From Octopus sinensis (lineage: Eukaryota), in the NCBI RefSeq assembly GCF_006345805.1, contig NC_043002.1, positions 71,672,001 to 71,736,000 on the forward strand: a DNA stretch of 64,000 nucleotides, read 5' to 3'. How positions within the stretch are numbered: the first letter of the stretch is position 1; each line of letters opens with the position of its first letter. Below are positions 39,361-53,160 of the stretch, piece after piece. The position numbers and the translations under genes were made by a program. The notes beneath the pieces are model-generated. The model made no database searches. It had not been told where the DNA came from and worked only from the letters and a program-made list of their open reading frames with translations.

Positions 39361-39938
39361 TACAAGTGGCTGTATAACCGTCTGCAAGTATGTAATGATT
39401 TCTATGAATTATTATATTATCTTTGTATTTTTTTTTTCGGTTAATTCAGATAACAAAGTGAAACTGCAAAAACAAAATGAGATGCGCATAAGCTTCACTG
39501 AATGCAAATGGTGACAAAATAGAAACTGGAAATTGAAATTATGTGCAATCTTCTACAACAAGATGCTAACAAGCCAGTTATTGCGCGTACCATACAATTT
39601 ACTGAAATTACGTAATTTGATGACATATAACTTGTGATGTGCTTTAAGTTGTATTTGAATCGAGGTCGTGTTGACAAGGTTCGGAGAATTGCTACTTTGC
39701 TTATATTTTTTTTTCAATTGTTGATATTATATTACATTATATTGTATTATGTTACATTATATTATAGTATAGTTTACTATATTACATTATATTATGTTAT
39801 AGGTGCAGGTGCAGTACTGTGGTAAAGATACTCGCTTTGCATCCAATAGTTGCAGGTTCAGTCCCGCCGCACGGCACAGTGCGTGTCTTCAACTCAGTCA
39901 ATGTTCATTCATTTATACATACTTATATTGAGCATTTT

Positions 39939-40222
39939 GGAGATGCAATGGCCCAGTTGTTAGGGAAGCGGAAACGCGGTTGTAGGATCGTGGTTTCGAT
40001 TCCCAGACCGAGCGTTGTGAGTGTATATTGAGCGAAAACGCCTAAAGCACGACGAGGCTCCGGCAATGGGTGGTGGCGATCCCTGCTGTACTCTTTCGCC
40101 ACAACTTTCTCTCATTCTTTCTTCTGTTGGTCATTTAAAGGCTAAAACAATGCGAAGCGCATTGTGAAAAGCGATGTGTAGCAACATCTGAGAGCCTGGT
40201 CGGTCACGGTGTTTACGGTGAT
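39939..40222 (+). mobile_element. SINE family C with a second tail type
   Basis: Same head and body as the 30090 copy up to 'caactttctctca.tctttcttc', then 'ggtcatttaaaggctaaaacaatgcgaagcgcattgtg..ggtcggtcacggtg'. Confidence 0.85.
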
Positions 40223-42254
40223 ACTGAGCATTTTACGTGTATTTGCGCGCGTGTATGCGTGTATCTCTGTGTGTACTTGTATGTATATGAATATATATAT
40301 ATACATATGTAGGTATATGTGATGAATTCTCCGGTCATAAACAGCAGATGAGGGCGCTCAGCAAGTTCTTGTTGAAGAACCTACACAGGTGATTCGATTA
40401 CAGTTATGAAATGTTATACACTGTACATTAGTTCACTTCCACTATCAAATCGACTTTACCTGTACAGGTGCACGAGTTTGCACTACGTTAGATATCGATC
40501 TAGTCACAGTGCAACATGAAATGAAGAGCAATGCATTACCCGGTTCGAGAATAATAGCCTAAGCACTAGGCATGACGTTACCACGTCTTCACGTGAGTAT
40601 ATGTTTGTGTGTGTGTGTATGTGTGTGTATCTATATGTATTTGTATATACTTACCTAACTACCGACATTCATTTGTCCAACTGTACGCCTTCTTGTTGAG
40701 CCCAACTTATTCAATTATCCATTCTCACACTACAGAAACTTCAACGCAGATCTGGCAGTACGTATAGTACCACAGCTGGATAGCACCGGGTGAAATTTGA
40801 AGGTGGACGAGCTTTAGACTGTGCTTTACTACGTACTTAACAAAAGTATAACCTAACTATACATACTTATATATATAGAGAGAGAGAACGAGATAGAGAC
40901 ATAGGCATTGGTATATATACATACCATGCTATATAATTTTGTATAAATGTCTATCAGAAATCCAAACTTACGTAAACATGTAAAACTGATTTTTTTATGA
41001 ACAACGACACAAGTATATATATTTGGGAAGAGAGAAGAATCGATTTAATATTTTCACAGTATTTGACTGGTGTTGTAGTGACCTCGTAAGAAAGGGAGCC
41101 AAAGTTGCCCTCAACTTTGAACTGTTTACGATGGTAGATCTAATTACTGTAAACCAGAGTGGCTTTTTGTGAACACATACAAGCAATATTGATCAAATCT
41201 TGCTATAATTATTGGAAATATATTGTCCTTTTAAGTCACATACCGTATTGAATTTATCTGTTTACTCTTGTGGGTTTAAAGTCGATTGAATCGGTGTCTG
41301 TATGTCACCGATATGCAAGTCAATTAGCCGCCTATCAAAAAAAAATTGCTGGAATTATTCACTGTAAAAGAATATGAATAAGGCGCGAATGTGAAATTAT
41401 TGTTTCAAGTGAATGAAATATTGCTCCGAAAACTTAACAATAAACATTTATTAATTATATATTCTTTTTCTCCTTTGTGAATATTATCTGTATATAAGTT
41501 CAGTATGCTAACCACTGGATCACTGAGTTTACTATGGAGAGAGTGACAAGAATCTCTGATAAAATTTTATTACAACTTAGTTTGTGTTATAATAGTTTTA
41601 TCCTTGATACTTATATCTTCCTCCGATGTACATGGCAGAACATTTTGTGCATTGGTGGAATCGCTAAAACTTTGAATAACATGCTTTATGTATTTGAGCA
41701 CTGATCCACTATTCAGATCCTGCCCGAATCAACATTGCTTTCGTCTTTAAGGAGAGAGTAACAGTTACAGCATTAACAAGATGTCATGCACCACTTTTTT
41801 TGTATTCTGAAGCAAAACAACTTGCGACAAAACTACTGCTAAGGTGTATGGGAAATGTTCTTTTATTTTTTCTGTTGGACAACCATTTTGTCGAATAGAA
41901 CGAAGACTCTTACATACGAGGAACTGTTGGCCTTCAATTACAACATACGTTTCCTAGGGCTGTGCGTTTAAGAGAATATTTCCATTGCAGTTCTATAGTC
42001 TAGTGAGTGCCTGGATACACTCATACGACGCGTTCAGAATGGTTTCCATATTCAAAATACTACTCAAAACCTATTGGACAATCCGATGCTATAAGGAAAA
42101 CACTAATCCAAATTAATAAAATCTGGAATTGAAACCAGAAATAAAAGATTGCAAAACGAACATTTTAACCACACTCCTATACTCTTTTGAATCAACATAT
42201 ATGTGTGAGATTTTCTATGTTTGCATGTATGTGTGTATCTGTGTGTTCCTGACT

Positions 42255-42285
<31 letters not shown>

Positions 42286-42594
42286 AGCATCTTAATAGAA
42301 TGTTCATTGACCCATATACTACGTTCTTATATGATTGTTTCTATTCTTTTTTATTCGTTTCATGTACCTTATCAACAAGAATTTTTGATAAAAACTACAG
42401 CAGAATTCTCTAATTAAAAGAATCAATAAGGTATGTAAGTATGTTGTAAATCACATGTCTACCATCTTGTAAATTCTCTTTGGATATTTAAAGTATGACA
42501 AAAAGCTGACGAAAGTAGAATTTAATCTCATCAACTTCATGTCACATCTTATCTTATCAACAGATTAAAACAGATAAACTGAAATGTTCGATTA

Positions 42595-42683
<89 letters not shown>

Positions 42684-42855
42684 ATATACATATATACATA
42701 TATATATTATATGTATGTATGTATATATATATTATATATATGGAATATACATATACATAATATATATTACATATATGTATTATATATATATATGCATATA
42801 TATTATATATATATGTATTATATATATGTATATATATATATATATTATATATATA

Positions 42856-42919
<64 letters not shown>

Positions 42920-42940
42920 ATATATATATATCTGTGTGTG
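42595..42940. repeat. (CA)n followed by a long degenerate (TA)n
   Basis: Directly visible. Confidence 0.95.
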
Positions 42941-43913
42941 TGTTTGTGTGTTGTATGTTTTATGCATATGCATGTATAAATATATTTACACATATATTGT
43001 ATTTATAGACAAATGTATGTCTTTATATGTATATGTTTGCGTTTTGTTCTTTTTTAAAATTATACATTATGTATTATTCATGTATATGTATAAAAATAAC
43101 AAATCTCAAAACAGACATAGACTGACTCGAATGACGTCAAACAACGTAGCCGCCATTTTAAAGTGGATAATATATTTGATGAATTGTTTTTTTGTTTGTT
43201 TTTTTTTTTACTTTGTGTCCCATCTGGAAATATATTGCTATAAAATGACAAGCAAATTGACTCCAATGTAAATCATTGTTGTGAAACGTCAGTTATAAAA
43301 CATTGCTCAGTTAATGACTTTCGACATGTGTTTGTGCTGTATCACGCATCTCTCATAAACGTATTATCATTTTTTTCCTTGTACAACGTGTCCAAAGATA
43401 AAAAAAAAATTGACGCGCTGATAAATGAAAATAAATAACAAAACCAAAAATAAAAATAAAAATAAAAATCTACAAGAATAATTGAACAATTTCATTCCTT
43501 GTTTTTAATATCTTTTGATGTATGATTCGATTTCAACATTCATGAAAAGCAAATTGGTTTCAGAAAATTGATGGCCATTATATTCAGCAAGATTTTTGTA
43601 CTTCAAACTTACAAGTAAACAATGCTAAATAAAGAAACGCCGTTTGATTTTTTTTATATATATATTTTACAACATGTCGATATATCGCTTTGTATGTACA
43701 CCATATAAAGGAACTGTAATGCGTTTGTGGCTTACGTGAACAATTTGCTCTCTGTCATCTCTGTATTAAGCATTCACAGCTTCAAAACGTGATATCGTAA
43801 ACATCTCGAAGCGTGCCAGAAAGTCAGTTTCCACTCTTAATCAGGCTAACTCGTACATGTGTATATTTGGGTATGCGTGTTTATGTGTACGTGCATGTGT
43901 ATTATATATACAT

Positions 43914-43964
<51 letters not shown>

Positions 43965-44004
43965 TGTGTGTGTGTGTCTGTGTGTGTGTGTGTGTGTGCG
44001 CGTG

Positions 44005-44037
<33 letters not shown>

Positions 44038-44299
44038 CAATGATTATATGTTGATAGGATCCTATAAACATGTATATATGTTTATACATACATACATACA
44101 TGCATATAAGCAACATTTTGGCTGTGGAAGATGAGGTATTGCCCATGGACATTGTCCATTACTTTTGCAGTTCCTCCGACATCAGTGAGATTTCTTAAAG
44201 TTTCTAAACGAACACGAATTGCGGATGGCTGACGTCATGGGAAAGAAGAAAGGAAGGAAGCAAGCAAGCAAGGAAAGAAGGAAGGAAGTACGTACTAGG

Positions 44300-45480
44300 T
44301 GCATTAGCTTGTGTGAGGCATGAGACGTTAAACAGAACTGCGATTACTAAGAGTAATCGTTTGACTGAAGTGCGAGAATGCCTGAATAGAAGTCGTATGA
44401 GAGAGCTACAAGGAGAAGAATCCAGTATTGAATCGATAGAAAAGGCAAGGACGGAGAAGAGGCAGGCTGCTTTTGAGACTAATATTACCATGTCTCCGTG
44501 AGTTATTTGTCAGTGAAGTGAGTCAGTGGGGTGTCCCTTTCCCGGATGTTTTCTAGAATGTATATGCATAGAGTAGCAGCAGGTCGACTTTGTCCAAGTA
44601 CCATTTAAACATTAGAGTTGCTGTAATCGATTTACCCACTGCTCCAAAATTGCTGGCCTTATAACTAATATTATCTTCCTAAGACTAGATTTCACTTAAT
44701 GTGGGGAAAAGTAAATAATTGGAGTATAGAAAGAAGAGAGTGAGAGACAAAACCCATCCTTTGAGCACAACGCCAGAATGACAGACAGAAAGAGCTGTCA
44801 TTAGACATCAATAATACGGTCTGATAGGAAGCAACTGATTGAATACATGAAAGATGGATTGATCCTATAGCGGAAATCTCGATCGGAGATTTGCACACAG
44901 ACACGGTAAACTGCTCCGCCAACGTGAAGGGCGATAATATTCCTTTGCGAAGTTTCTTCAGTGTAACAAGTCACTGGTAACTGACAAGAAAGAATAGGCT
45001 AGGTATGGATCTGGTTTTGAGAAAAATATATTGGAGGTCACCAAAAGGAGACAGGATTTTAAGGAGTTGGAAAACATTGTATATAACTTGATTAGATAAT
45101 TTACATCTTTACTTTACATGTTACAAATAAGTGCATTTGGACGATAGTTCGCACGATCAGAGAAGGGAATTAGTTGAGGTTGATACTCATTATTGAGTGT
45201 TTCTAAATATTAGGTTAGATACAATACAGAGAGTGAGAATCTGTAAGTTTTAAAGGGTATAGGATAGCTCCAGGGTACAATATATGAGGGCAATAGAGAC
45301 ACCGTCATGGCTGGAGGTTTTGTTTCTCTCAAGATACTTTGGTATTCGGTGTGTGTTTATGCATGTGGTAGACCAGGAGGGGTAGAAAATAGTAAGATTG
45401 AAAGAAATTTGTTAAGTGTATGTATTGTGGAGTTGGTTGAAAAGCAGATGAGGAAGATGGTGGATTTCTCTATTTTGGTA
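44300..45480 (-). mobile_element. Degraded CR1/L2-clade LINE reverse transcriptase remnant
   Basis: Ordered minus-strand motifs: KTSSHDGV..C.LEL (K.SGPDG..C..EL); DRANYRP.AL; DLQY.F.QN; A.YRV; FLSDRII; SGV..G.VLS.TLF.LY.N. A SINE fragment near 44580-44660 interrupts it. Confidence 0.7.
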
Positions 45481-45799
45481 CTGTTCACAAAACCATCGTT
45501 GTAAGACATGCATTCATAAATACATAAATTAATTTGTACTAATTGGTTCATATATGTAATGAGTATCATTCGTAAAGTAAATCTATGAAATTTACCTCAG
45601 CTTTAAAGCGCGCTGTTAACATTCTGATATAAACCATTATCTATTGGGATTTTATCTAAAATAATAGAATGTAGTATAAAGTACTGTACCAGAAATACAG
45701 CGATTGTTCTTCAAAAAATTTCAAATTGTATCACGGAGAAGCTAGTATGATATTATACGATAATAATCCTTGTTATGATATAATATATTTGTGGTGACA

Positions 45800-46130
45800 C
45801 AGGTGACATCATCCGAACTATGGCTTGTTTTCCGCAACAATATAGACTCGACCATGTATGCATTCACTCATATGAACTAAAAACATAATTACTTGTATTG
45901 ACTAAACGTAAAACCACAGACTTATTGGGAAGAAAGCGATATTAACAGCTTAATGTCTTTCTCTAGAACATTAATGGTATGGAGAGAAATAACATGACTT
46001 CAACAGTGAATCAAATTCGAACTTAATATTGGATTAGATGAGAACTTACTTCCTAGCTCTTAATAATTGCCTGATTGGAAAATTATACTAAATCGTTACC
46101 ATTGCTAACAGTTGTACCAGGGAGTCGTAA
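45800..46130 (+). mobile_element. Possible BEL/Pao LTR-retrotransposon integrase zinc-finger remnant
   Basis: RLDHVCIHSYELK and TSTVNQIRT*YWIR resemble GRL...YE.K.P and H.G...T...IR..YWI. Very decayed. Confidence 0.3.
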
Positions 46131-47512
46131 GATTTAAGCAATGTAATTCAGTGAAATCGCTTCGATCATAAACTGGAGTTTGCGCTCTTACATCGTACTT
46201 TCCAGCAAATTCTAAAACACATTAGCATAGCAATTATAGAATATTATTAACATTCCACATTTAACAATATCACTAAATAGATAACAATGACAATATAACA
46301 GATAGAATGAATGCCAACTATGTTCATTCATTCATTAATCTTGTGATACAGCAAAACGTTTTACAGGATTTTCGAAATTACGTTATATCAGTTTTTCATT
46401 CCATTTGCAATAATCATTTATGTAAATTGGGATTCTTTTAATTATGCTTAAACAATTCTGTTGACACAGATATAATGAAACACTTGGAGTGCTCTAAAAA
46501 TAGAATTTTTAATCGAACACCAAATGCAATTTAAATTACATATTTTATCGACACGTTGCCAAGTATCATTCATTACGGATAGTGAAGACACTTAACATTC
46601 GCTGGATTAATCCTGCTAGCAGCATATCTCGTCATAGCGAAGGTGATCGGAAGCTATTAATCTCTAACTGAAAAGTGTGTCTTCGGGTGAGTCTGAACAA
46701 TTTCATGGGTTACATGATAATTTGTTGAATGAAACATTTTTTTTCCTTTCGTGGAAAAGAGCGAAGAGATAGAAATACTCGTCTAAATTAATGTTGAGTG
46801 TTTACTTTGTCTTTCAACTTTCTGAGTTCGAATCACATCAGGACTGATTTTTCTTTTTAAATTTCCGGTATTCTGGAACATATGTTTCGTCGATTCAACT
46901 TATATTATTCCCTATCGACAAACATTCCAGTTTACAAGTCACCATTTTACAAATAAAATATCGTATTGGACAATGGTGTTGACAAGGTCTCGCAATGCGT
47001 TCTGAGTTCAAAATACCCCAGTTCAATCTTCCGGAGTCAATTTATATGACCTAAAACTGTTGACTATAATCTTCCAGTGTGAATTTATAGGGCCTACAAC
47101 TGTTTGTTTTATTCTACCGTTAGAATTACTTTCCTACTACAAAAAGCAAAAAGTGTCAAAGCCAACGTCTCAGTGGCAAAACAATATGACTCTCAGTGGA
47201 AGAGAATATATGATTACGTAGGATCTCATTTCAATAGGTAATTTACAAAGACGCAGGCTTAGCTGTGTATTTAAGATAGTTTCTTTGCAACCATAAGATG
47301 ACCAATGCCTTGTGAGTAAATTTCTAAGAGAGAAATTGTGTTGAAGCCCGTTGTATATACACATGTATGTATGTATATGTGTGTGTCTTTCTGTCTATAC
47401 CCCTACTACACTGCTTGTTAAATAGGGATGCTTCTTCATGGATCACAACTTAAGTTCGGCCAGATAAGCCGGGAGAACAAATACCAGGTTTAAAATAAGA
47501 ACTTGGGTCGAA

Positions 47513-47726
47513 AGGCGGCGAGCTGGCAGAAACGTTAGCACGCCGGGCTAAATAATAGGCGGTATTTCGTCTGCCCCTACGTTCTGAGCTGAAATTCCGC
47601 CGAGGTCGACTTTGCCTTTCATCCTTTTGGGGTCGATAAATTAAGTACCAGTTACGTACTGGGGTCGATCTAATTGACTGCTCCTTCTTCCAAAATTTCG
47701 GGCCTGGTGCCTAGAGTAGAAAAGAA
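47513..47726 (+). mobile_element. SINE family A, near full-length short-tail copy
   Basis: 'aggcggcgagctggcagaaacgttagcacgccgggc..gtcgactttgcctttcatcc..aaaatttcgggcctggtgcctagagtagaaaag'. Confidence 0.9.
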
Positions 47727-47970
47727 CTTGGATCGATATGTGCAATGATTGAAAAAAATAGATAAAGCGCAGATTTTAATTTATGAATAGCTGGTTAACT
47801 TAAAGTGCTGTGCTTCAGATCTCTGCGAATAAAAGCTGAATTAGTCATAATAGTTATGCTCAGTTACATGATAATATAGAAGTGTTGTATATATCGAATT
47901 TACCATAGACTACGCGGATGTTAGATCAATGTTTCCATATGGCCTACTGCAGATAGTACATCTTACATCA

Positions 47971-48400
47971 TTACTCTTTTTTACTCTTTTTACTTGTTTC
48001 AGTCAGTTGACTGCGGCCATGCTGGAGCACCGCCTTTAGTCGAACAACTCGACCCCGGGACTTATTCTTTGTAAGCCCAGTACTTATTCTATCGGTCTCT
48101 TTTGCCGAACCACTAAGTAACGGGGACATAAACACACCAGCATCGGTTGTCAAGCAATGCTAGGGGGACAAACACAGACACACACATACACATACATACA
48201 TATACATATATATATATATATATATATACATATATACGACGGGCTTCTTTCAGTTTCCGTCTACCAAATCCACTCACAAGGCTTTGGTCGGCCCGGGGCT
48301 ATAGTAGAAGACACTTGCCCAAGGTGCCACGCGGTGGGACTGAACCCGGAACCATGTGGTTGGTAAACAAGCTACTTACCACACAGCCACTCCTGCGCCT
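47971..48400 (-). mobile_element. SINE family B, full length and well conserved
   Basis: Minus strand 'aggcgcaggagtggctgtgtggtaagtagcttgtttaccaaccacatggttccgggttcagtcccaccgcgtggcaccttgggcaagtgtcttctactatagcc..'; internal microsatellite; (gtaaaaaga)n tail. Confidence 0.92.
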
Positions 48401-48748
48401 ATGTAAACATCATTGTTTACAATCTACAACAAAACCAATGAAATATTCATCAATTTAATATAATTCTATTACTGAGAGAAGATTATTTAGATAGATTTTT
48501 ATCCTTTACAATATCGTTAAACTGGGAGGATCACAACAGACTGAAACACTACCAATTAAACAGAAGCGAAGACGAGACAAAACTTTCTCAAATTCCACCA
48601 TACTATCTTAATGGATTTTTTTTCTTAATTCATACACTGGAGAAAGTGTTGTTACATATAAGACAAAGTATTGGATATTATGAAAAGGAATATAGTTGAT
48701 GTTAAATAGGATTGATGAGAGCTTAACAGCAGCAACAACAGCTACGGT

Positions 48749-49218
48749 GGAGGCGCAATGGCCCAGTGGTCAAGTCTGCAGACTCGCGGTCGTAAGAACG
48801 CGGTTTCGATTCCCAGACCGGGCATTGTGAGTGTTTATTGAGCAAAAACACCTAAGCTCTACGAGGCTCCGGCGGAGGTTAGAGGTGAACCCCGCTGTAC
48901 TCTTTCACCACAACTTTCTCTCACTCGTTCTTCCTACTTCTTCCACAAAGCAGAGGAACCATGGTGTAACCCACTATGGTGTGGTAAACTGTCAGACCCT
49001 AGTCTAGATTGCGAATCCTCTGTACCCCAGGATGGTCCAGCTCTCCACCCGTTAAAAGCCACCGTTTACGGAATGAGGATAACAACGTAGCTTTCGCGCC
49101 CGTGCAACCGCCATTCTATCGTGTGTGGTCAATGGATCTTCAAGTTGCCACACGCATTCTTAGTAGCTTAGAGTAGACTCGAATTAGAGATTATTCTTTG
49201 TGGCAAGAAGAAGAACAA
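48749..49218 (+). mobile_element. Chimeric retroposon: SINE family C head/body joined to a LINE-like 3' end with an (AAG)n tail, 16-bp TSD
   Basis: TSD caacaacagctacggt at 48733-48748 and 49219-49234. SINE C sequence runs to about 48940, then unrelated sequence ends 'gtggcaagaagaagaa'. Confidence 0.85.
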
Positions 49219-49353
49219 CAACAACAGCTACGGTAACAGTGGTGAACAAGATGAGTGTTGCATAGCTATGACATTAAAAGCTTTTCTCTTTGCAATATTT
49301 GCCTAAGTGTTCGATACCATTGCGTCGTATTTCACAACCATTAGATAAACACT

Positions 49354-49554
49354 TGGGAGGGCGTATGAGAAATCCTTGGCTTTGGGTAAAAGAAAGTACA
49401 GGAGGATCAGTTAATTATGATTTTATTCAACATATTCCCCTCTAAGATTCACCCACGCATTGCAGCGGTCATTCAGTTTTTCTAAGCCCTGTAAAAGAAC
49501 TAGGAAGGCCTTTTGTGATACCCTTTAATCCAAGAAATTTTCAACACCCTCTCG
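49354..49554. mobile_element. Non-autonomous mariner-derived MITE (about 200 bp)
   Basis: Degenerate mariner-type TIRs: left 'gggagggcgtatgagaaatccttggcttt'; right reverse complement 'tacgagagggtgttgaaaatttcttggatt'. Confidence 0.6.
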
Positions 49555-49859
49555 TACTCTTAAAATATAATGAATGTCTCAGAATATTAGTTTAGCTATG
49601 AGTCTTGGGTTACGCTCCTTGGTCAATTAGCTTTGATTAAAAAATAGCAAAGTAGCGGTATCACAAGCAGGGAAATAACTGAAAACATCATTACCGAGTA
49701 CTGTAGTCACCTGAAGACGGCTGGAATACACAACAGTTGATATAACTGAATATAAGAACATTTGTCCGAATATATCAATATATAAGAATGTTAAACTGCG
49801 ACTACCATCATTGCTGTGTTTGGTTTAATATATTGCAAGCATAAAGCAGCTAGCTACAG

Positions 49860-50055
49860 AATTGTTAACCCGTCGAGGAAAAATTTCTAGCAGCATTTCG
49901 TTCGTATTTACGTTCCGTGCTTAAATTCCACCGAGGTTAACTTTGCATATCATCTTTTCGAGATCGATAAAATAAGTAGCAATTGAACACTGGGATCGAT
50001 GTAATCGACTTGCCCACTCAATCGAAATTGCAGGCTTTGTGCTAAAATTTGAAAT
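49860..50055 (+). mobile_element. SINE family A, degenerate
   Basis: 'ttaaattccaccgaggttaactttgcatatcatc..gggatcgatgtaatcgact..aaaatttgaaatc'. Confidence 0.7.
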
Positions 50056-51352
50056 CAATATATGACATGCATATTATAGTCTTCAGTTAAAACTACCCTG
50101 TCATTAATGAGCACAGTTTACCTAAGTATTTGGAAAAGAGGTCTACTATATGTTTCACTATAATATGCGGTATGTATATTATAGTTTTCAGTTATAGCCC
50201 TAGGACAGCCACCAGTAAGAACGGACACAGAAGAACGTACTGAATATTTAGAGGTCGAGTTATATGAGATGTATAGGCCGAACTTACTTAGCTCTGTTAT
50301 GATCCAGAGAAGTCTTAAGGACGAAGATTAACCAGATTACCGTGACGTATAAATGGCTTGAAGAGGGTTAATTTCCCATACATTGTTAGAAATCATTTAC
50401 AGCTGAATGGAAATGAAATGATATAAAATGTTTTGCTCGAGAACACGAGGCACCACTCTAACCGAGAATCAAAGCCATGATCTTACAGGCACGAATGCAA
50501 CACTCTAAGCACTAGACCATGCAACTTCACATAGGTCGACGAAGAGAAAGAATTCTTAATTCTAAATTTTTTAAGACCGGAAGCAGCCACCTGTATCCCA
50601 CAACTTTTTGATAATTTAAGATGGTTTTATAACTTAAAGTAATAGTACTGGAAACATGTTAGGAATCTATTAACCCTTCTAGATTCATATCTGCGTGATG
50701 ACACAGCATTTTTTATGTTTCCCATTATGTTTTGGAGGCTGGTTGAAATTACCTGATATATAGGGATGTTGAAACAGCTTCAGTCTATTTTCTGACAGAT
50801 CTCTACTAAATGTTTCTTTTCACTTTTCCCTGAAGTATCTCCTATGGCAAAGAAATAGTATCTGGTTTTACAAAACTTTCATATACATATTTCTGTTTCT
50901 TTGTAGTATTAATAAGTTCAAGTTCAAAGATATTAATCTCTCCCAAGCTTACTTTCGCTGATTAAGTCACGAAACAAGTTTAAAGAAAATAATTACGAGA
51001 ATGGCTGTTGATTTCATTTATTTATTCTAATGACATTTTCACATTATGTAGGCAAATATGGTCGGTTTAGATTAGTATTGAAAGTAACCTCAAATGCAAG
51101 TTAGTTACATCACACTCCATAATATAAGTGCAGAGACGGCTAGGCTATCAATAATGGCATTTTTCAAAAACGTGACTCGCTTTCTCTACTGTACGTTTTT
51201 TTATTCATCTTTTACCATTTTTTTTTTTTGACATGTCTCTTTCAACATTGCCTACGATCGAACAAAACATTTTGAATAGAATATGGAAACTGTGTTAACA
51301 TTTTTCATGTGTGTATATGTATATATATATTATATATATATATATATATATA

Positions 51353-51515
51353 GGTGCAGGTGTGAGTGTGTAATAAGAAGCTTGCTTCCCATCCCCATGG
51401 TTCAATCCCACTGTGTGGCATCTTGAGCAAGTGTCTTCTATAGCCTTGGGCCGACGGAAGCTTTGTAAGTGGATGAGGCAGACGAAAACAGAAAGAAGCC
51501 ATGTTGTACATATAA

Positions 51516-51568
<53 letters not shown>

Positions 51569-51722
51569 TTGTCTCATTACCATCGCTTGACAACGGATGC
51601 TGGGGTTTACGACACGTTAACTTAGCGGTTCGGCAAAATGCACTGTGGAATAATTACTAGGCTTATGAAGAATAAGTTCTGGGTCGATAGCACGGCCGCA
51701 ATCAAATGCCTGGAACAAGTAA
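51353..51722 (+). mobile_element. SINE family B copy
   Basis: 'ggtgcaggtgtgagtgtgtaataagaagcttgcttcc..gtggcatcttgagcaagtgtcttctatagcc..cttagcggttcggcaaaa'. Confidence 0.8.
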
Positions 51723-51870
51723 CGTCGGCATTAAGAATTCTCGATCGGCATTTTTCGAAGAATTATGGTCGCATTAGAGCGGTGTAGCTCTTATTTCTAT
51801 CAATGTAGATGCTTCTTAACACCCAAGGTACATTTAGTGAAACATTGAAAACTGCTGATTATATATATAT

Positions 51871-52192
51871 TCTTTCATTCTTTTATTGTTCCAGTCATTT
51901 GACAGCAGTCACGCTGGAGCAGCGCCCTTAGTCGAACATATCGAACGCAGGACTTATTCTTTGTAAGCCTAGTAGTTATTCTATTGGGTCCTTTTACCGA
52001 ACCGCTAGTTTATGGAGACGAAAACAACGGTTATCAAGGGATGGTGGGACGACACAACTATGCATATATATATATATATATATATATTATATTAAATTAG
52101 AGATAAAACCACTATTAGGCAAATCATACAATGAAAAACTTAAGCCAAGTTTGGATTTATTCCCTAATATTTATTATATATATATATAATAT

Positions 52193-52224
<32 letters not shown>

Positions 52225-52392
52225 AAATATACGACAGGCTTCTTTTAATTTCCGTCCAATAAATACACTCACAAGGCTTCAGTCAGCCCGACGCTATAGT
52301 ACAAGATATTTGCCCAAAGTATCATACAGTAGGATTAAACCCGGAACCATGTGGTGAGTAAGCAAGCTAATTACCACACCCCACCTCCTGCA
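51871..52392 (-). mobile_element. SINE family B copy, interrupted in its internal (TA)n by a roughly 95-bp insert
   Basis: 3' part at 51871-52060 and 5' part at 52229-52392. The insert 52085-52180 is an inverted copy of part of 52697-52846. Confidence 0.75.
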
Positions 52393-52403
52393 CACACACA
52401 CAC

Positions 52404-52479
<76 letters not shown>

Positions 52480-52496
52480 GTATGTGTGTATATATA

Positions 52497-52690
52497 GTCG
52501 CCATGATCGACTGTTAACTACAAAAGTTTTTTATTCTCTCTCTGTTTATTTCATCGCGTTCCTTTCTGTTGAAGAGCGTAGGCTCGAAACGTAAAATACT
52601 TTCTCACATTTCCGAATGTCTAGCTAATATACTTGCTTGTTGTATATACACCTGTATTTTTTTTGTTTGTTTTTCTGTCAATTTATACTA
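52497..52690 (+). mobile_element. Penelope-like pseudo-LTR fragment, inverse-orientation homologue of 58430-58603
   Basis: Alignable over about 190 bp, including the hammerhead-like motif. Confidence 0.7.
52562..52597 (+). ncRNA. Minimal hammerhead-like motif with a variant CUGUUGA-A core
   Basis: CUUU-CUGUUGA-A-GAGC-GUAG-GCUC-GAAA-CGUA-AAAU: stem II 4 bp, palindromic ACGU stem III, putative GUA cleavage triplet, stem I 3 bp. Confidence 0.55.
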
Positions 52691-53020
52691 CATATATATA
52701 TAATAAATATTAGGGAATAAATCCAAACTTACAGGGAAAAATCAGATTTAGGATTGAATCCAATTTTATAGTAAAATATTATATTATAAGCTTTTCATTG
52801 TTTGATTTGCCTAATAGTGGTTTTGTCTCTAATTTAATATAATATATATATATATATAAGACGCAACGAAAATAAGTGGAAATTTTAGCGCTGCATGTGT
52901 TAAATTATAAGGCACTAAAAGAGAATGACTCTCCCCAGGCACAACAGAACATGCTTCAACACACGAACTCACATACAAAATCTTGGAAACCAAATGCGAA
53001 AACAAATATATATATGAATA

Positions 53021-53160
53021 CGACTGGCTTTTTTCAGTTTCCGGCTACCAAATCCACCCAGGAGGCTTTGGTTAACATAAGGCCAGTTTCCCCAAGCATT
53101 AGGACTGAACTTGGAAGCATGTGTTTGGGAAGCAAGCTTTTTACCATGCGACCACGCCCA
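53021..53160 (-). mobile_element. SINE family B, 5' part, degenerate
   Basis: 'cgactggctttttcagtttccggctaccaaatccacc..gcaagctttttaccatgcgaccacgcc'. Confidence 0.7.
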
